From Somniosus microcephalus (Eukaryota): a stretch of 64,000 bases of DNA. The DNA lies in the NCBI GenBank assembly GCA_052327205.1, contig CM126222.1, positions 59,396,001-59,460,000 on the forward strand. Direction: 5' to 3'. Made by a program: the position numbers and the translations under genes. This document shows positions 1-14,290 of the stretch, piece by piece (the first letter of the stretch is position 1; the number at the start of each line of letters is the position of its first letter). Below the pieces are notes generated by a model that searched no databases, was not told where the DNA came from, and was given only the letters and a program-made list of their open reading frames with translations.

Positions 1-1239
1 GCTTCTAAATTGTAATCGTTTTCAGATGTCGCTGGCCAAATCCATTTCAAAGCACGCGTCCTGTGTTTTGCAGGGGGGACTTTTGGTCTTCTGCAGCTTG
101 TAACATTTGTTTATTTACGTTATGTCAGCGCTCCTGCTGAAATGAACCTGAAACACTATATGCCAACACCAGCTTAAAACGAAACAGGGACTTTTCAAAA
201 TACATACAAACCATTTTCGTTATTATCTCGGTGCCCCCGAGCCGCAAGTTTATTTATATATTCGCTGCGATTCATAATCTCCATTTGTTGCCCCATTAAT
301 GAACGTGTAATTAAAAGAGTGGTCCCCTCTTCCTCCCTGCTCAACTGTGCGTCCTCTCAGTCACTCAGGTCAAACTTCTGGTTCAAAGTCCACACCATTT
401 AAAAAAAATAATTCTCCGAAACACGTGGGAGGTTATTTTATAACGTATTGTAACACTTGCGTTTAAAGTTTTTCACATTCCATGTGTTTGTGTAAAGAAT
501 GGTCCAATTTTTTTGAATTCAGCATTCACCGAATTGTACTCTGGATCTATATTGCTCCTCGTTTGCAATGTTACCGTTTTATGGCTGTGTTTTCTCTTGA
601 ATTTATCGCGAAATATTGGAAAGTGAAGTTCAATGGCCCACAGCAAAGGCGCGTACAATCTCGAAGCCACGACAAACATTGAATAAGCAAAGGGCACACC
701 AGGGCAAGATGATGCTTCCCTGACAAGAACATAAATTCATTTTACTTTGAAACCTGTTGTTTCATTTTACTTCTCTTGAATACACGAGAGGCATCCTGAA
801 AATAATCGGTGGCGTACGAGAAGCAAGTTAGAAACTTGTAAGTGACGAGTAAATATAAAAAAACACAGTAGAGGCAAACATGCACAACACCGCTGCTAAA
901 TTTCGGATCACTCTACAGCTATGCACATCGTGAGGTTTAGCTCGAATACTGAAACCTATTTCTTTTTTTTTAAGCAAATCTAATGAAAACACTGGCAATG
1001 TTTTCCGCTCCACATTGCACTCACACAAACTGAGAAGTGCCAGAGACAATCACTTGCCCCATCTCTTCCTCCCGAGGTAGCAATCTTGCTAAAGTCTGAA
1101 CTCTGCTCACAAGCGTTCTGAGCGAGTCGAAAAATAGTGCATTTGAAAAGCGGTTTAACAATTGATTCGATACAATCTGTCAGATTTTTCAGAGCGCTAT
1201 CATTTTTGGGTTGCATTTCAATAATCAGTCACGCCAGAA

Positions 1240-1630
1240 TGTTTCGAAATAGACCAGAAACCCCGCCAAAAAGGAATAACAAGTCGAAAAGCAAGTGAAA
1301 TTGCAAGGTCTTCAGTTGGTGATTAAAAGAGTGGGTCCATGTAAAAGAAAAAAATCAATTATTAGGAACATCAGCAGAATGGAAGCGAAATGGGATTTGT
1401 ATGCCTGCCGCGCAGTGATCTGTGATATTTTGTTGTATCGTTGTCAGGGTATCATGATTTTATTCCAGATGTTGCTTTATTTCCTGGGCAACTTATTTTG
1501 GGAGGCGGAAGAGGGCAAGAGGTGAGGTTGCGCATGCGCCGTCTGCAGGCCAGCCCCGCGACGACACCCATGTGCCGGTGGGGGCAAAGGTGGGAATCCT
1601 TGTTGGAGCAAAAGGCCGGGCAATAAAACA
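1240..1630 (+). promoter_or_regulatory. CpG-rich promoter / probable non-coding first exon of an unidentified host gene
   Basis: CpG density is higher in 1-1630 than in the downstream intron. ETS-like GCGGAAG at 1505-1511, NRF1 palindrome TGCGCATGCGC at 1529-1539, candidate donor AG|GTGAGG at 1521/1522. Confidence 0.45.
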
Positions 1631-2467
1631 GACCAGAGAAAGATAAAAGGAGTTTGAAGAAAAATAAACATGCATGTATTCTAGGCTTCCACTGTTTATA
1701 ATATTAATGCATATACTTAATGTACTTCTGTACTGGTTTAGCCCCATTATTGAATCGTCAATCAATTAACGATTAATAAGCAAAGATATGAGGCCAGGGA
1801 GTAAAAATGTTGGTGTTGAAGATACAGCAAGTGCCAGTGTTTAGGAATAGCAGCTATACTATTTGATTTTAAAAGAAAATAGCGTCTTAAAACAAGCACA
1901 GCTTCGTATGTTGAAAGGGGGTTGTAATCTGTGTCACTGTTCTGATTATAAATGTGATTTTCATGGTTTCCTTAATGTAACAGCTCTAGAATTGGTTAGC
2001 AATGCTTCTATATTATTTACACTTACTTGACATTGCATCTTTTGTAGACTATTGTCATTCACTATTTCCATCAGACAAATAAATGCTCCAAAATCTTATA
2101 ATATCAATGTTAGTGCTATTTTAGACTACTCTATGACTAATTCATAACAGTAACTATTAGAATTAGAAATATTATTTTTGAGGCTGGATGGTTAGTGTCA
2201 CTACTGTTATCTCTGGGACACAGGCAGCCTGGTGTGGAAAATGGAAATGTCACACTATTATAGCAGGTGCACTTTTGCTATTGAACTTAAGGCACATAGT
2301 TGGGGCACTGCAGAATCCACATTACAATAATCTAACCCATGCTTTGCCAGATCTGGGAGCGATGAATGCTTTCACTGGGAGCTAAAAATAGAAAATATTC
2401 TACTCCCCCAGCAACGACCTGCTACCCTTATGAATACAACAATTCACCCAAAACATTGTAGAGACAG

Positions 2468-2600
2468 CGGTGCTGACATTCGTCTTCACCACCGGAGTGG
2501 CGATCTGGCGGAGTGTGTCTTTTATAGAACTCATCTGATTTTCATCCGTTGAAATCAAAAGATTGAAAATTGGGTGGTGGTGAACTTGAAAATCTACCTC
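2468..2600. mobile_element. Small degraded MITE, Harbinger-like end
   Basis: Inverted arms TTCACCACC / GGTGGTGAA, central imperfect palindrome GATTTTCATCC...GATTGAAAATT, and end GAAAATCTACC resembling the TIRs of other MITEs here. Confidence 0.35.
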
Positions 2601-3709
2601 AACATTCTGAACATTTCATACTTTGTAATATTTCAAATAGGTTCCAGGATTTAACGTTTCCAACCCAACCATCACTTCTGGTTCTGCACATTTAACAAAT
2701 GATACTTTATAATTTTTTTGTTAAGCCTGAATATTTTGACTGTTGCAAATAAAATTATGAACTCAGTTAAAATACGGACTGTGTTTGTAAAATGGAAACA
2801 TGTGTGCTCCGACAGCTTTTGATTACGCACGTGAGAAAGTGAAGGTTGAAGTACTACCGAAAGATGTTTGTCTTTCCAAAATAGAGTTACAAACAATGTA
2901 GCAGCTTTCTGATTACATACAAACTCATAAAGATGTCTGTCTGAAGAAAGAGGAAAATGGAAACAAAAAAACTTGTGGAAAGTAGAATTCCATGTGGAAA
3001 TCACATTAAGAAAGTGATGTTTCTTAATTGTTGCACGTGGTACTAGAAGCAGAATGAATTTTGTTCCATTTAGCCTGCCAACCTTGTCAAGGAATTTGCT
3101 CTGAATTGCAGTCATTTGACACAGAATCTCTTGTGGATTGGACGTCTAGGCTGTGAGATGGTCTGTAAGTCCAGTTTTAATTATGGCTCAGCATCTCGCA
3201 ACTGGACTTTAGATAATGAGAGCCTGAAAGAAAAATATTACAATGTCAGTCTCTGACTGTCAAAACAGCAGGTTTTTCTGTACAGTTAGAATGGGTTGGA
3301 TCCCATAACTCAGTTAAATGTAAGCAGCGCCTTCTGTGTTACAAACTTTATCTGAACTGTACTTTGAAGAGCTGAGCACACTGGGGATAGCATTTGAGCC
3401 CAACAAAGATGAGGAGATTGAATTTCTGCAGTGGGGTATCCTAATTGAGGACTGAGAGTAGCTGAATGGTTCTGCTTCAGGTGTTTTGAAATAGAGATGC
3501 TTCAAAGGTAGTCGCTAAACCCTATAGAATTCAACACACTAAGTTCTGGCAGCTCATGCTATCCTAATCCACTTTTGTAGAATCTAGAACTCTAGTTGAA
3601 CCTTTTAAATTTACATATATTGATACTTGGAATTTATCCACATTATAGATTGTTATTAGACTGGGAGCAGAGAGTGTATCATATAGAAGGTAAGTAAGTG
3701 GCTTTATAG

Positions 3710-4116
3710 AGAACACGTGGTCCGTGTGATCTTCTGGACTGGTTCTGGTCACCTGAGGGGGTCAGAGAAGAATTTTTCAGGGTATTTTTTTCCCTTATTG
3801 ACCCTGGGTTTTTTCCTCTGTTTTTTGCCTCTCCCAGGATTACTTGGCCACGGGGTATGGGGTAAGGGGCAATGTTCCCTTTAAGCTGCGCGGCCGCGCA
3901 GCGCTCTGCAGCTCCCACGCAGCCAGCTCATCGGCTTTTAAATAGGAAAAACCGCGCATGCGCTGTATTGTGAATGGTCCGCACAGCCCCTTAAAGGGGC
4001 TGCGCACCCAAAAAAATTAAAGGCAACATTGGGAAGTATCTAGTCACGATGCTCCAGCCATCATGGTGTGATGGGCCAGCTGGTCTTTTCCTGCCCGTCA
4101 ATTTTGTATATTTGTA
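3710..4116 (+). mobile_element. CR1-type LINE 3' UTR fragment, interrupted by a MITE
   Basis: Ends GATGGGCCAGCTGGTCTTTTCCTGCCCGTCAATTTTGTATATTTGTA, a CR1-like terminal motif plus short repeat tail. Confidence 0.5.
3870..4031. mobile_element. hAT-like MITE (about 160 bp)
   Basis: 15-bp TIRs CAATGTTCCCTTTAA / TTAAAGGCAACATTG (1 mismatch) with a GC-rich interior. No clean 8-bp TSD visible. Confidence 0.6.
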
Positions 4117-6089
4117 TTAGAATTATTTTGAATCGACATTGGGTTACTGTGGAACCTAATTACTTTTACTCAAATGTGATAGCATTTTATAGTTATATTT
4201 TTACGTGACTGGGGTTTAAAGGATTAATGTGTCACAAAAGATATCAAGTGCGAGTCAAGTGATTTCCAAGTTGATATGTAAATAGCCCTCAATTGTTTTG
4301 ATATTTGCAAATGTAAGCATTTTAATTTTAAATATCATAGATTAGTTTCAAAAGACATTTGTTGAATAAGTTAACCACAGCAACAATAAATTAGTTATGA
4401 AACTCTTTATGTTTTGTGGAATGAAGAGGTAGCAGTCATGGCTATATAAGTTCAGTGGGACGTTCTTAAAGTCAGCTTTTCCCCATGAGCACAAATATTA
4501 CTATTCACTGTAGTGTAATTATGCGGCCAATCAAATCCATCTTAAAGAAAATTCGAGTCTCCAGTGCATCTACATTTGGTGTGTACGACACTCCAAATGC
4601 AGTATTTTGTTGCTAACATCATTACTTTATACAATTTCATTTACACAGTCAAAATAATTTTACAAGTGAATATTATCCACTTTTATGGTAGCACTCATCA
4701 AACGGTTTGGAGGTGTTGTTCTGCAGGTATTTGTAATTCGATAAATCGATGCTGTTCTATTGCAACAGAATGTGAAATGTTTCTTATTGCAGTGTAACAC
4801 TATTGTGTTTGGAAAATAGGAAAACACAAAATGCTGAAAAGCTGCAACAAACAGAAAATGCTGGAAATGCACAGCTGGCCAGTCAATTAAAAGCAAAACC
4901 CTGATTGAATGACCAGCTGTGCGTTTCCAGTATTCTCTTTTTCATTTATGTTTGCAAACTGCAGTTGTACCTCCTGAGGATCTGAGCAAAAATAAGTCAG
5001 TGTCTGAGGGTTGCAAATTGCACCACCTGTGAACTCTGCAGCAGTTGTTGCTGCCTCTTGCTGCAGACTGAGGAGGGGGGGCAAAAACTATCGCAAGGCC
5101 AGAAAGAAAACACCAAGCTAGCCCCCAATTGAATCCAAAAATAAACCTTTTCTTTAACATAGCAAAATTAATCAAGTTCTGATTCAGCAAAAAAAAAACT
5201 AGACTGCAAACTAGACCCCAGGCAATTGAGGAATTGTCAGCCCTTAAAGTGTCGGAAGTTAACAATTCATGGGGCTCCGTGTTTCCATGTTTTTAAAAAA
5301 AAACTTACACTCAGATAAAATCCACCATTTTTTCCCCCAAAACTCCAGCACAGTTGTATAAGCAGAATACTTGCCAGGAAAGGCTGTAATTTTCACACTT
5401 GTGAACCAGCCCTATATATAACTCACTCACAACATTGTTGCCTGGACTAATGAATTATAAGGCCAACTTTACTTGTATGATAAATGCAGAATTGCCTCTA
5501 TTTTCTTTAAATGGCTTCTTTTTTGCACTGGTTGGTGATTTGAAGAAATGACCTGCATCTGCCTGAAAAGCAGGAAGTCCTGAGATTTGTACCTAGTTAG
5601 TTTTGTTATATTGCGCAGAAAACTCTTCTGTTTAATCATTAGTATTTTTACAGTTAAAGAGATCCTAGTTCTCCATGTATTTCAGCCATCAGCATCTGTA
5701 GCTTCCCTGAAATCATCATCTAGTGAGAAAAGGTTATAGGAACATGCAAAGCTGACCAACTGGTCCATTAATGATTACTTCAAAACACAATCATTGATGT
5801 GCGAGCTAAGAGATTAATTCAATTCTGACTCAAGATTAAGAACCTATAACATTATCTTGGTTTATAGGGAAAGTGGGACAAACCGATTGTCATTATCACC
5901 ACGGGTAACTTTAGTCTAACATTGACCTATGTCCCAAGACTAAATTTTGATGAAGATAGCTTTCCATTGACATTGATTTTGGGAGGACTTGTATTATTGC
6001 TTGCATTCTAATTCTATAGCACTTATTTATCTCTTTTTGTGGAAGCATCATATAAGATTAATGCTAATATTAATGCCCACTCAGCCACT

Positions 6090-6540
6090 TCTGTTGTGCC
6101 ACAAGGCTCCAAACTCGCCCAGCTCTTTCTTCATTACTTACGTGCCCTGTGACATCTTCTGGAAGCTTAGAGCCAACTTCCATATGCTGCTGACACCCAG
6201 CTTTAACTCTACGCCTCGCCCATTGATCTCGTTGCCACACTCTTTAACTAGTTGACTGGCGCTTAGACCTCTAGTTAATTCTTGGAAAATTATCCTCTTT
6301 GGCTCCCGACAGCAATTACATGCCTACGGCCTTGAATTCATGAACTTTTCCAGCTGTCACCCAAGACTGAATCCAAAGGTGCAGAACCTTGGTGTACTGT
6401 TTAACCCTAAGCTCAGCTTTCTTCCCACACTTGAGCTGTTACCGAGATTGTGTTCCTCCACCTCCAAAACATCTCCACCTCCACCCTCACCTATTTCCCA
6501 ACAATGCCTTTGTCACATCGAGGCTCGACAAAGTCAAATA
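6090..6540 (+). mobile_element. Highly degraded L2/CR1-group LINE RT fragment
   Basis: Remnant peptides FHM(Y)ADTQL and VQNLGVLFNPKLSF resemble the YADD region and the downstream RNLGVxFD motif of L2/CR1 RT. Confidence 0.45.
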
Positions 6541-9500
6541 TTTTCTTGCCTGCCATTTTGCTTTACCCCTATTTTCCCCTTGTTAATTTCCTCTCTCTTT
6601 GCCTTCCTTGCTGTGGTTCTGCTCTGGTTTGGATGCATTCAATCTGCTTTGAATCAATTCTGCTCGATGTGTAAATCTTGAGTAGAGTTCTTAGCATTTC
6701 AGTTTATCCTTGCACTTAAGTCTTATCTGCTGTTTGCTACTCCTGCACAGTTAAAGTTGAGGCAATATGAATGGTTTCCATCTAGAGTTCTAGTGCTAGT
6801 ACTTCATTCTGAAATAGTTGGGACTGGGTACGGAGTTTTGCCTCAGCACCTTTTTCTTTAACTCTGATCTGCTAGACTTTTTCAAAACTTACTCCAAATA
6901 TGCTGAGATTGGTTATTTTTAACAATTCAAAAATTTGATTGAAATGTTGGATGGATCACAACTAAAATAAAAACAAATTAAACTTCAGATGGCCCAGCAG
7001 CTGAATGGTATGGTTGGGTGTTTGATTTCCAGGACTGCTTCAGCTAGGTGAATTTATCACCATGGGTGACTTTAGACTTTACATTGGCTGGTTTTACAGA
7101 AGTGGTTTTACAAGGCAACATCATGTAACTGGAAAGGAAATATTTACAAGGTTTCTTGTATTGTGCGTTTACAGAAAGAAGACCAACTAATTGAAATATA
7201 AGCAGTACACCAATTGCCTGGTATTTGGATGGTTATTGGTTTGAGTCCAGGGCTCACCTGTCCATTGAGTCCAAGTGCTGCTAGCGAAAACAAGTTCCTT
7301 GGCTGGTCCACAAGATGAAGTTCTATGCAATGGCGGGAAGTCCAATTCTAAAGGGGAAAAACTAATAGTCTTGTCACTTCTTGCTGCAACTGTGCCTTCT
7401 GTTGTCTTATGTTAGTTTATCATTCATGGTGATCGCAGAAAATGCTATAAGTCAGAAAAAGATGGAAGCATAGTGGTTTTTAGAGGGATGAAGAGAGGAA
7501 CTGAGGATAAGAAAAAAGTAAAGATGTGCATAAAGCAGGAACATATATTTGATATATAAAATTTCAAATTTTCATTTTCAAAGAAAATGGCTTAATTATT
7601 GCTGGGAAGCATTTGTTGACTAGCACAAGGGAGAGCTTCTTAGTGAAAATGTGTACTTTGTCAAAGGTTTTATTTAGTGCATCAGTCAGATCTAGTTATG
7701 GCAAATACCAACTTTCTACCTTTTTAGAAGTATTTTTGGAAGCCGATTTTCTAAATTAATTACATGTATGAAAAAATCCTAAGAGCTTCCAGTGTTGGAA
7801 GTGTTGTAACCACAAGTGTACTTTTGGCTTCTTAAAAAATGCTTTTTCTAAATAGTCAACATGGCACTGGGCCCATTCCATCGCTTTGCTTACATCAGCA
7901 AGTGTACTGTAACAATGACCTTCATGTTAATTCATGGAGTGAGTGTTAATAATTTTTGACCTCCCACCTTGTGTCGCAAGAGAAATTAAGTACTAAGTGT
8001 ATTGTCCTAATCGTCCTCTCTGCTACGGCAGCTGCAGTTTTCCATCTCCTGTGACCTCTTGTTTGCTTTAGCCAACATCTCTACAGTTGGGCTGTTTGTG
8101 ACTGGAGCCCTGGATTGTTTGAGGGCTGGGAATTGGTGTTTGCTGATTTGTTTGTCCTGAGCTACGGGAACTCAGGGATGGTTTGGGGGGGAAGAATCTG
8201 GGTTGAACTTGAATGAAAAGTATTTCTCGCAGGGAGAGAACAATGAGGAAAACTTTTTCTCGTGGTGGTGGGTGAGGGTGGGGGGGGGGAGGAATTAGGA
8301 AAAATAATTAACATCCTAATATGATTCTGTTTCTCTCTTTTGAAGTATGCATAACTTATTGAGTAGGCACCTTGAAATGTTCCCAACAGAGCGTGAGGTC
8401 CAAGGTACAGATGTGTATGTTTAATTTATACTTCCATGGTGCAATAGCTGAAAAATTAAAAAAATATATTGTCATCTCCAGTGATAGATATGTTGGTCAT
8501 GAGTTTAAATCTCAGTTGCAGCTGACATTTAAATGTGTCTGTCAGCACTGTGAGAGTTTATTAGTTGATGGGCTGGTAGATTATGGAAGGGGGAATAATA
8601 TGGCAGCATAATTCTTCGTCAGCGAAAGCATACTTTCTGTTTGCTAACAGTGGAGTAGGAATGATTGTTGGTTCCCCATTATATTGCAGAGCTCCTTTCA
8701 AAAGCAGCTCTGTACTTGTAGGGCTTTTCCCCTCCTGCCAAAAAACCCATCCTGTTTAATTACATGGATGTCTTGAGGACGTGATAAGATACTATATAAA
8801 TGTAAATTCTCCTTTTTTTATAGTGCAGGCCAGTTTTGTGAAAAAGGGGATTACAAAATGGAAAACATGGCCTGTTGAAGTTGAACCTTCTTGCTTCTTT
8901 CCCCACTACCATTAACACAGCAGCTTTGCTTGTATTTACTGGTACATTGCTTCTCCAGCAATGAGTGAAGTTTTAGGGTGAAAGGTCAGAAATAATTGGA
9001 GGAGCTGCTGCTTACTCATGCTGCGTGTGGGTTCATATGCAGTATGTTCAAAACACCTTCAAACCTCTTCCATAACTAGAGAAGCAGGATACTGTTAAGT
9101 AGGAGCAACATCACTGTACTGTGATTATGGCATTGGGGTCATGCAGGAGGCCTTTGACCAGTAGGTTTTGGAAGAGTCAGACATTCTGACTGTGTAGCTT
9201 TTGCCTTCAGCGTTACTACTCTTTACAATGGTGGGAAAGCAAAGGCAGCGATTAACGTTGGAGCTTCAAGCATTTGGATTATGCAAAGTTGTGTCATTTA
9301 TGGTTGTAAATGGGAGCTAAATTACAGATTCATTTGGTTTGCATTTGTTGCTATGAATGGGTATCAGTTGCTAAGAGTGAGTGTTTGAATACCATTGGGT
9401 TGCAGTATCAGGTCATTACCACTATTATGGCGCAGGAATTCCATTCCTGGAAAGGTAATAGAAATAGAATAGTAATAGCAATTGGCTTTGTGCTGTCAGG

Positions 9501-10044
9501 GCTGAAAAGAGGATTCTTTTTATTAGAATCCTGATCCCATCTGTATTATTTCATTTGTGCTCTCGTTTTGATGAGGGCTTCAAACTTAAAGATATTAGAC
9601 TGTGATGCCAGATTAGCCTTTCATGTGTCCCCAAAGGACTCTTCAATTTCTAAATTTATGAACAGGACATGGGAAATTAGGTCATCGGTAGAATCTATAG
9701 TTATGGCTTGGGACTTTACTCTGTTTCTGCATAAACAAATCTTCCTTTCTTTTGAAACTATAGCTATCACTAACTTCATGTTGCTCATTTAAAAAAAAGC
9801 ACCTTACCTTTGCACTGACTTTGGCTGAGGGAGCAAAGCAAAAATCATGTGGGTTTTGGCTTCTAAAGGGACAGTGTCTTGCGATTTCCTTTGGTGTATA
9901 GAACATTCTTTATTTAAGCAATAAGGACTACAACAGCCGAAGGAGACTAACAATCATCTCAGAATTAGCTTCATAGCAAATTAATAGATATGGATATTAT
10001 AGGGAGTATTTAAAACTCCTGCTGTTTATTTGCCCAGAGACAAG

Positions 10045-10560
10045 AGCCTAGAGTTTTCACCCAGGCAGATTCCCAAGGAGAAAATTGGCAGAGCGTGAGG
10101 AAATAGACTGACCCTGCTAATTACCATAATAATGGCAAGCTCCTGGCATTAGGATACCAGTCATTGGGAGCTTGCCATTTGGGGGAAGGAGTTAGTGTGC
10201 TTAAAAGGGCCATAATACTAAAAAACTTTTTGGCTGCAGAACAAAGAGCTGGCTTCTTTGAAGAGCCTCAGTGAGGCCTGGTGGATGGCCCAAAGCACCC
10301 AGGTTCAGAGACAAAACCGTGCAAGTGTGTCTCCAGGATGTCCGCCAGTGGAGGGCGGCTTTGTTGCGTACAAATGGAATCAGGCCCTCAAAGGGAGAAA
10401 CACGGCTGCAGTGGCAGGAGGCGGCCAGGGCGATAACAACCAAACCTGACCACTGTACGCATCGCAACTCAGCGGTGGAAAAAGTTTAATGACCTTACCA
10501 GGTCTACCAAGATCAGAAGGACCAGCCACACCTTTCAACAGTACGTTGTGCTAAGCATGT
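10045..10560 (+). mobile_element. Harbinger relic carrying a Myb/SANT-like gene fragment
   Basis: Reads KAPRFRDKTVQVCLQDV...RPSKGETRLQWQEAARAI, then after a frameshift TQRWKKFNDLTRSTK. This is the pattern of the Myb/SANT accessory protein of Harbinger transposons. Confidence 0.65.
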
Positions 10561-11964
10561 CTCTCACTTATAATGCTCTTCCCCTCATATTCTGTTAAAG
10601 TACTTGAATTGCTACCATTAATGCTCAGGAGGATGTGCAGTGCCCTTTATGCTCTCAGCATTCACCTGGAAGTGTTGCTTCACTCAAAGCCTTACATGTA
10701 ACCTAAAAGCATCAAGAAATTGCTTGGTGCATGGTGACCTGCATGCTGACACCTGGGTTTTACTGCATCCTCTGGCAACCAAATGTAATTCTCACTCTTT
10801 GCATTTGTTTTCAAAAAGATAGCACATGACTGCAGAGAGAGAGAGAGAGATTGGTGGTAGGTGGTGGTCCCACAAACCTCTGCCCATACCCTCCATGAGG
10901 AGGAAATGCTGTAGTATCTGGGAAGCACCTTGGGATGCGTTTTTATGTTAAAGGTGCTATATAAAAGTAAGTTGTTAATTTCAAAATTCCTCTTCTATTT
11001 AGAAAATGTAACTAAGTTACAAGATACCAGCTTTTTGTCTTTTTGGTTATCTTTTCAAATATCTAATTTTATCTACTCTCTTTTGATATACGAGCAGAAT
11101 GAGTTGCATGATCTTATGTTATAAATGAACGTACTAGAGACAGAGTCAGTTGTTCTGGTCTTCGCCATAAGAATGTGGATGATCATAACCCCATGGCTTT
11201 TAGCAGCTGGTAGCGCACGATTACACTTTTACGATGTTCTACATTCCTGGTTGTATGCGAACTTCAGTAAAGCCATTCTTGTATGGTCATTAGACCGTTT
11301 TAAAAACATTTTCATGTATTTTTGGTGGTGCTGGGTATTTTTTTAAAAAAACCTTTTGTTATGATTGCAAACACTTTCTGACACTATTTTTGCAGGAGAC
11401 TCAATAAATGTCCTGTTGCTTTAAAAATTCCTTCACAAAATTTCTCAATTTGGTTTCCTGAAAGTGTGACTTTCTTGTAAGGTTGGTTGAGTAGGCTCTG
11501 TTCCTTATTTTAATGCCAAGACAAGTCCACGCCAGCTTGTATATAACAAATGGGAAGTGGTTTATTTTTAGTTATTATGGCAGCAAAGTAGCGTAATAGA
11601 AGCTCATTGACAACTAGACCCACTTTAGTGGAAGACCAGGCTTTTCTATCTACCTGTCCTCTCTGATCTCCTGCCTCTGCTCCCTCCATCTTTGCTTCAA
11701 ACCTCATATGTGAGGAACGTATGTATTTCTTCATCTCAAAGGGCAAAACCATCCACTTAGTTGCCCTAGCCATAATCCCTCGCCCCCTCCCCTTCTCCCA
11801 CCCTATACTCTCCTAATACCCCCATACCTTTGCCATGGCTTCATATCACATTACAGATTCTCCCTAATCTCCTCCCAGACCCTCACCAAGCTCATATCCT
11901 CCATTAGACCAACTTTGGCCTAATGCTCTTTCATGGGCTCATCAGTTCCCTTTCCTCAGGCTTT

Positions 11965-13447
11965 GGGGGAAAGATTCAGAGGGCGATAATGGGTCGCTGA
12001 TGAAGTAGCACCGGGGCGAGGTGAATCCAACCCCGCAAAGCAAATCCACCCCCCCGCCCCGTTGCGCCGCCGGTATGAGGTACCACTGGGGACTTCAACG
12101 CCAGGCAGATCGGGACACCAGTGAGCGTACAACTGGGCGCCGGATCTGGAAAGTTCATTGTCGCCACTTACCTTTATGCCTCGACCAGACAGCGACAGGG
12201 AGAACAGGACCACAGCTGCAGGAAGCCGGCTCCAGCGACGTTATTTAAAGGCATCAGCATTAATCACTCGCAGCTGTCAGAGCAGGTTAGTTTCAGTGGT
12301 TTCTTGTCCATTTCAGCCAGTGGAGCAGTTTGTATGAGTAATTTCAAGCTTCTTTTTTATCAGCAGTCTTCTGGCAAGTGCAAAGTGGCTACATTTATTG
12401 TTCAAAGATTCAAACTGCTACACTTGGCAACATTAATGGGGGCTGTACTGGCGCCACCACGTCCGCCAGGATTTACGGCTGAGGGAGCGGAGGCAGCCAG
12501 AAATATGGGAACATGTGCACAGAGGGATGAGGAGGGCCATCAGGGCTTTCACCAGGAGGCCTTACCCTCCGAGGGTATTCTGACAGCACCTCTCCTACCC
12601 TCAAGTAAGCGAGGAGCAGTGTATTAGACGGCTCCGCATCACCAAGGTGGTGGTCACAGAACTCTGCCACCTCCTCCAAACAGACCTCCAGCCTCACACC
12701 AGGATGACTTAAACCCCAGATCCCTTTTGCTCACCACATGCCCATCGTACTGTCCCTGTCTCATGCCATATCACAGCATCCTCCTGGGTGCAAAGGTGAA
12801 ATGAGAGACACCACAAAATATTGCAAACTTCATTAATACATTTACACATAAAGATATCGCATATATCACATTCATTCTAATAATGAATGACCCTTGTGCC
12901 TGCCATAGTTGAATAGCTGCCATTATGTGCAAGGTGTGAGATGTGGGTGTGAGTGTTGATAGATAGAGATTGTTGGTGGGGTTCTGGTTCTTTGGGCAGT
13001 GTGTGAAGCTTGTGGTACAGATGGTGATATGTAGCATTTGTTGAAGCATTCAATCACCCATACCACCCGACTGGGGTGGATCTGCCATGAGCACACCTGC
13101 TTCAGTCCTCTGGCTCCTTCTCCTTGTTGTGCTTTTCCTTGTTGAGGCAGCTGCACAGCGAGCAATGCTGAGAATGAGGTGCTGCAGTGTCAATGATCCT
13201 CCCCGTTAAGTACTGGGAGAAGCCTGTGGCAATGATGAGTTGAGATTAGATTGCACCCGATATTGCTCCACCCTTTGAGTGTAACGCTACTGAGCTAGTC
13301 CTTTAAGACTTGATTTAGTGTCCCAATCATTTCTTTGAGCAGTGAGAATGAATTTTGTGTGCAGCCTAAAGCATTAGCGCCTGGAGCTAATTCTCAAACT
13401 TTTCTAAAGATACCGGCAATTCCTGGGCTATAATGAATTTCTAGCCC
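11965..13447 (+). mobile_element. Non-autonomous Harbinger element with the N-terminal part of a HARBI1-like transposase
   Basis: Ends GGGGGAAAGATTC / GAATTTCTAGCCC. About 12530-12695 reads RRPYPPRVF*QHLSYPQVSEEQCIRRLRITKVVVTELCHLLQTDLQP, a HARBI1-like N-terminus. Confidence 0.7.
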
Positions 13448-13499
13448 AGATCTGCCTCTTGCTTTTCAAGATTGCCCATTGCAACATCGACCCATCCTT

Positions 13500-13830
13500 T
13501 AAAAACACACCTCTCCCGATCGTTGGCCCCCTCCAGCCCTGGCCCCGCCTCCCCCTCCCCGATCCCCGGTCTCCTCGATCCCCGATCCCGTGATTCTCGG
13601 ACCCAACCCTGATCCCTGACCCTGATCCCTGCCCTGACCCCCAGACCCACTTAACCTGTGGGCCTTTGCGGTGCTAGCAGTGGCCCGATCTTGCACTCCT
13701 CTTCTCTGGCGGGTTTGTCTCGCCTCGCTGGCTCCATTATCCCAAGGCCCAATATCGGGGGAGCCTCGGGCCTCGCCATTCAGGTGTAGGGCATGTACCC
13801 TTTGCCCCCCGCGTGCCAATACCCGAATCT
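13500..13830. repeat. GC-rich low-complexity / MITE arm fragment with (CCCGAT/CCCTGA)n units
   Basis: Tandem CCCGATC and CCCTGAC units with CpG-rich composition like the MITE arms elsewhere in the window. Confidence 0.35.
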
Positions 13831-13879
13831 CTAGGCCAATTACTCCATTGTTCCCAGGTTCTGCCTTTCAGAAAATGCA

Positions 13880-14290
13880 ACTCATCCGAAGCTCAACTGC
13901 CTGCATCCTGTCCTGTACTGAGTCCCATTTCCTCTATTACTCCTGTGCTTTGCCATACTTCATTGGCTCTCTGTTCCACACACATCAATTTCAAAATCCT
14001 CATTTACAAATTTTCACCCCTCCCAACCAGTCTTCCAGCTCTGGCCTCCTTTGCATTCCGCTTACTTCTGCTGCAAATCTCTCAGCTATTGCAGCCCCAT
14101 ACTCTGGAACATGCTCCTTGAACCTCTCTGCTTTGCTACCTTTCTCCATTCTATCAAAAGCCTCTTCAGAAGCTACCCTTTGATTTTGTTTTCCGGTACC
14201 GCCCTTAATTTTTCTCACCCCCCCCCCCGTTTCTCAGCACCTGGTTAATTTATTATATTAGAGGCGTTACGTAACTGCAATTTGTTGCTT
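13880..14290 (+). mobile_element. Degraded L2-like LINE 3' end
   Basis: Pyrimidine-rich L2-like ORF2 end and tail GAGGCGTTACGTAACTGCAATTTGTTG, similar to the tail of the DeuSINE copies here. Confidence 0.4.

Noticed and set aside
980-1216. Divergent minus-strand gene start (ATGGGGCAAGTG...|GTGAGT near 1020-1062)
   Set aside because: Compatible with a bidirectional promoter, but the peptide is short and unrecognised and no further exon can be tied to it within the window.
2672-3115. 147-aa minus-strand ORF, and similar short ORFs in AT-rich regions
   Set aside because: No domain motifs, composition typical of translated non-coding DNA, and no splice support.
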